Sequence record: MH925094.1 | DNA length: 24,000 nucleotides | Strand: one strand, 5' to 3' | Origin: Vibrio phage VspSw_1 | Shown: positions 21,651-24,000 of the stretch, piece by piece | How positions within the stretch are numbered: position 1 is the stretch's first letter | Layout of the letters: the number at the start of each line of letters is the position of its first letter | Made by a program: the position numbers and the translations under genes | Notes under the pieces: model-generated | Database searches by the model: none | What the model was told of the DNA's origin: nothing | What the model saw: only the letters and a program-made list of their open reading frames with translations

Positions 21651-21679
21651 TTGCCTAACTGTCTCAAAATTGATATAAT
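21651..21679 (+). promoter_or_regulatory. T5-type promoter TTGCCT-N17-TATAAT
   Basis: Boxes at 21651-21656 and 21674-21679. Confidence 0.85.
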
Positions 21680-21721
21680 ATTTATATTAATCAACGAAAG
21701 ACCAGAAACCTAGGAGACTAA

Positions 21722-22471
21722 ATGGAACCACAAAAACTAACCGTAACAGGTGATATTAGCAAAAACCGTGTAGGTGCTCAGCTACCGTCTGAAGCACCTC
21801 ACGTATTCATTTCTTACCGACCAAACCCAGGAGGAATTTATCAGGTACATCTAGACGAGGGAATTTCCCTGGCATCTAAGTACCGAGACCTAAAGCATCT
21901 ACTGCGTAATGCCTCCGAGTCGGATACCTTTGAAATCTACCTTAACGGGCCAGGCGGCCACCTCAGTACGTGTATCGAACTGGTTCATGAGATAGCTAAT
22001 ACCAAGGGTCGGGTTGTTGGGCACCTGACAGGGGAAGCCCAGTCAGCTCACGCTAATATCTTTATGGCGTGCCACGAACATGTAGTATACCCGTATAGTT
22101 TGCTAATGGTTCATACTTTCTCTGGCGGATTTTACGCCAAGGGCGAAGATGTGACTCGTGCTGCAAAAGCGTATAACGAGCTTACTCGAACTTGCTATAC
22201 TGACCTATATACAGGTTTCCTGTCTGACGAAGAGTTGGAAGATGTACTTCGCAACAACCACGACAGATACTACATTGGCCAAGAGATTCTTGACCGCTTA
22301 GCGGGCACGTACGCTCACCGCGAAAAGCTAGCACAAGAGGCGGACGAACAGGCTCAGGAAGCTATGCAAGAGGCATTAAAAACTCTAGAAAACGTGCAAT
22401 CCGGCCCCAATGACGTAGCACCACCTGAACAGCCTGAGTCCCCTGACGAAGAACAGGAAAATGGCGAATAA
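21722..22471 (+). CDS. ClpP-like serine protease
   Basis: EIYLNGPGGHLSTC, GEAQSAHANIFMAC (Ser), LLMVHTFSGG (His). Confidence 0.85.
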   Translation: MEPQKLTVTGDISKNRVGAQLPSEAPHVFISYRPNPGGIYQVHLDEGISLASKYRDLKHLLRNASESDTFEIYLNGPGGHLSTCIELVHEIANTKGRVVGHLTGEAQSAHANIFMACHEHVVYPYSLLMVHTFSGGFYAKGEDVTRAAKAYNELTRTCYTDLYTGFLSDEELEDVLRNNHDRYYIGQEILDRLAGTYAHREKLAQEADEQAQEAMQEALKTLENVQSGPNDVAPPEQPESPDEEQENGE

Positions 22472-22847
22472 ATACTCAAAAGCAAGTAGAGAACGACTAG
22501 ATACTTGTCACCCTCTCCTAATTAAACTTATGGAGAGAATCCTTCCTAGATGGGACCACACCATTGTATGTGGCCACCGTTCCAAGGAAGAACAGAACCG
22601 ACTGTACGCTGAAGGGAAATCACAGCTACAGTATCCTAGGTCAAAACACAATGCCTATCCTAGCATTGCCGTTGACATACAACCTTACCCATTCAAAGAC
22701 GAAAGAGACCTATACTACTTTATTGGATACGTGAAAGGCGTAGCTGATGAGATGGGAATTAAGTTAAGAATGGGAGCCGACTGGAATGACAACAAGACAG
22801 TTACAGACAACTGGATTGACGCTTTCCACATCGAGCTAGTACTTTAA
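22461..22847 (+). CDS. Endolysin, L-alanyl-D-glutamate peptidase (M15, T5 type)
   Basis: TIVCGHRSKEEQNRLYAEGKSQLQYPRSKHNAYPSIAVDIQPYP...DAFHIEL zinc ligands. Confidence 0.92.
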   Translation: MANKYSKASRERLDTCHPLLIKLMERILPRWDHTIVCGHRSKEEQNRLYAEGKSQLQYPRSKHNAYPSIAVDIQPYPFKDERDLYYFIGYVKGVADEMGIKLRMGADWNDNKTVTDNWIDAFHIELVL

Positions 22848-22892
22848 TCGAACCCTGCATTAACGTGCAGGGTTTTCTCGTATGAGGAGCCT

Positions 22893-23159
22893 ATGAAGAT
22901 ATACCTATTTTCATCCAACGGGTGTTACCCCTGTGAAAAAGCACAGGACGTGGTATCGAAAATACTAAAAGAGAATCCGTTAATAGATATTATAAAGGTT
23001 ACTAGACCAGACCCACTATTCGCAAGCTATGGTGTGGTTATGGTTCCCACCTTACTTATCGACCCCGGCGATAAGCCAGGTGCGGCCTTGGTGGGCGTGA
23101 GCAACATTACAAAAGTCGAAGTCGAGGGATTACTACGAGATTTCGGATTTCTTCAATAG
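22893..23159 (+). CDS. Glutaredoxin/thioredoxin-like protein
   Basis: MKIYLFSSNGCYPCEKAQDVV CxxC active site, VVMVPTLL cis-Pro region. Confidence 0.85.
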   Translation: MKIYLFSSNGCYPCEKAQDVVSKILKENPLIDIIKVTRPDPLFASYGVVMVPTLLIDPGDKPGAALVGVSNITKVEVEGLLRDFGFLQ

Positions 23160-23185
23160 CCAAAACATGTAAATTTCGCTATAAT
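23157..23185 (+). promoter_or_regulatory. Promoter TAGCCA-N17-TATAAT
   Basis: Boxes at 23157-23162 and 23180-23185; ATAAATTGAATGAGAGGAA downstream. Confidence 0.85.
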
Positions 23186-23216
23186 ATTTATATAAATTGA
23201 ATGAGAGGAAATATTA

Positions 23217-23510
23217 ATGGAAATGTTGAAACCAGACATGAGCAAAGCAGAACTTCAGCACGTACTAGCTATCTTGCTAGGCAACGGTATTTCTGCCGAG
23301 GAGCTTAAGCCTCTTACTGTGCCAATCCTTAATAAGATGCTTACTGCTCTAGAGACTAACGCTAAAGCGTTCAACGCACTAGAAGATAAGTATCGAGAGC
23401 TGCTTCAAGCCAGTACTTACAAGCCTATTGCTCCTAAAACACATCGTAACCGTGGGGCGGAGAACCGAGCCATGGCTAAAGAACTTCGCAAGCTAAAGAG
23501 TACCAAATAA
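23217..23510 (+). CDS. Hypothetical protein (97 aa)
   Basis: ATG after GAGAGGAAA. Confidence 0.7.
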   Translation: MEMLKPDMSKAELQHVLAILLGNGISAEELKPLTVPILNKMLTALETNAKAFNALEDKYRELLQASTYKPIAPKTHRNRGAENRAMAKELRKLKSTK

Positions 23511-23609
23511 ATGCAACTGTATTACTTATTCTTAATAGTGTTAGCACTATACGAAAACATCGACACAATCAATTACTTAGACGCGAGGTACGGAAGTGAA
23601 ATTCTCTGA
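23511..23609 (+). CDS. Possible small membrane peptide (32 aa)
   Basis: MQLYYLFLIVLALYENIDTINYLDARYGSEIL, starts right after the previous stop. Confidence 0.35.
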   Translation: MQLYYLFLIVLALYENIDTINYLDARYGSEIL

Positions 23610-24000
23610 TAAACTAATCGAACTGGTAGACGAATACGACCTAGAGGGTCCTCACCTGCCTTACGGCTTCGCTGTAGAGCATATTAACGAGAAAGGCCAG
23701 ATGGACTTCGCTCACTTCATCCGTAAATATAAAGTATACGGCTCTGTAAAGGATTTCTGCTCAGCGGTAGAAACTGTATTTGGTACGTTACAGTTTACCT
23801 ATGACGTACCCACGGATACAGTGACCAAAGAAGAGTTCCTAGAGATTTACGAGTTTGGTAAATTCCCTCGGGTCATGGACTGGATTCCTTACGTAGCTGC
23901 TAAGAAAGGCAAGCTAATCTTGCGTGAAGATTTGTTTGCCTGGGTACTTGGTACTTCTGCGCCTTCCAAAGCTAACTACAGCATGGGAGATATTAATAAT
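23596..24000 (+). CDS. Hypothetical protein, 3' truncated by window
   Basis: GTG start; VKFSDKLIELVDEYDLEGPHLPYGFAVEHINEKGQ..., open to window end. Confidence 0.65.
   Translation, partial: MKFSDKLIELVDEYDLEGPHLPYGFAVEHINEKGQMDFAHFIRKYKVYGSVKDFCSAVETVFGTLQFTYDVPTDTVTKEEFLEIYEFGKFPRVMDWIPYVAAKKGKLILREDLFAWVLGTSAPSKANYSMGDINN

Overview
This 24 kb window has the gene content and order of the early region of a T5-like siphovirus (Demerecviridae-type). Nearly all genes lie on the + strand. Left part (1-7.6 kb): nucleotide metabolism and related genes: nrdA 3' end, nrdB, dihydrofolate reductase, thymidylate synthase, RNase H, a zinc-motif/GIY-YIG-like ORF, and a DnaQ-fold exonuclease. Middle (7.7-19.9 kb): a very dense tRNA region with about 28 recognisable tRNA genes. 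By anticodon these appear to cover all 20 amino acids. Small phage ORFs and many structured non-coding intervals are interspersed. Right part (20-24 kb): dNMP kinase, a membrane/coiled-coil protein, a ClpP-like protease, a T5-type M15 endolysin and a glutaredoxin-like protein. At least 17 + strand promoters fit TWGCYN-N17-TATAAT, most followed by an AAATTGA-like tract as in T5 early promoters. The most unusual signals are: (1) an ORF-less, hairpin-rich 1.15 kb interval between tRNA-Gln and tRNA-Leu (11137-12292), a candidate large ornate non-coding RNA; (2) several small tRNA-like or pseudoknotted RNAs between tRNAs; (3) two RNAs closed by perfect 16-17 bp terminal helices that share a GCACTCT/AGAGTGC core; (4) aberrant tRNAs (D-armless Arg, 62-nt mini tRNA, recurrent A31.C39 mismatch, Leu tRNAs without long variable arms); (5) palindromes placed inside promoter spacers, including a promoter embedded in a hairpin. 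All structures were folded by eye and need covariance and RNA-seq checks.
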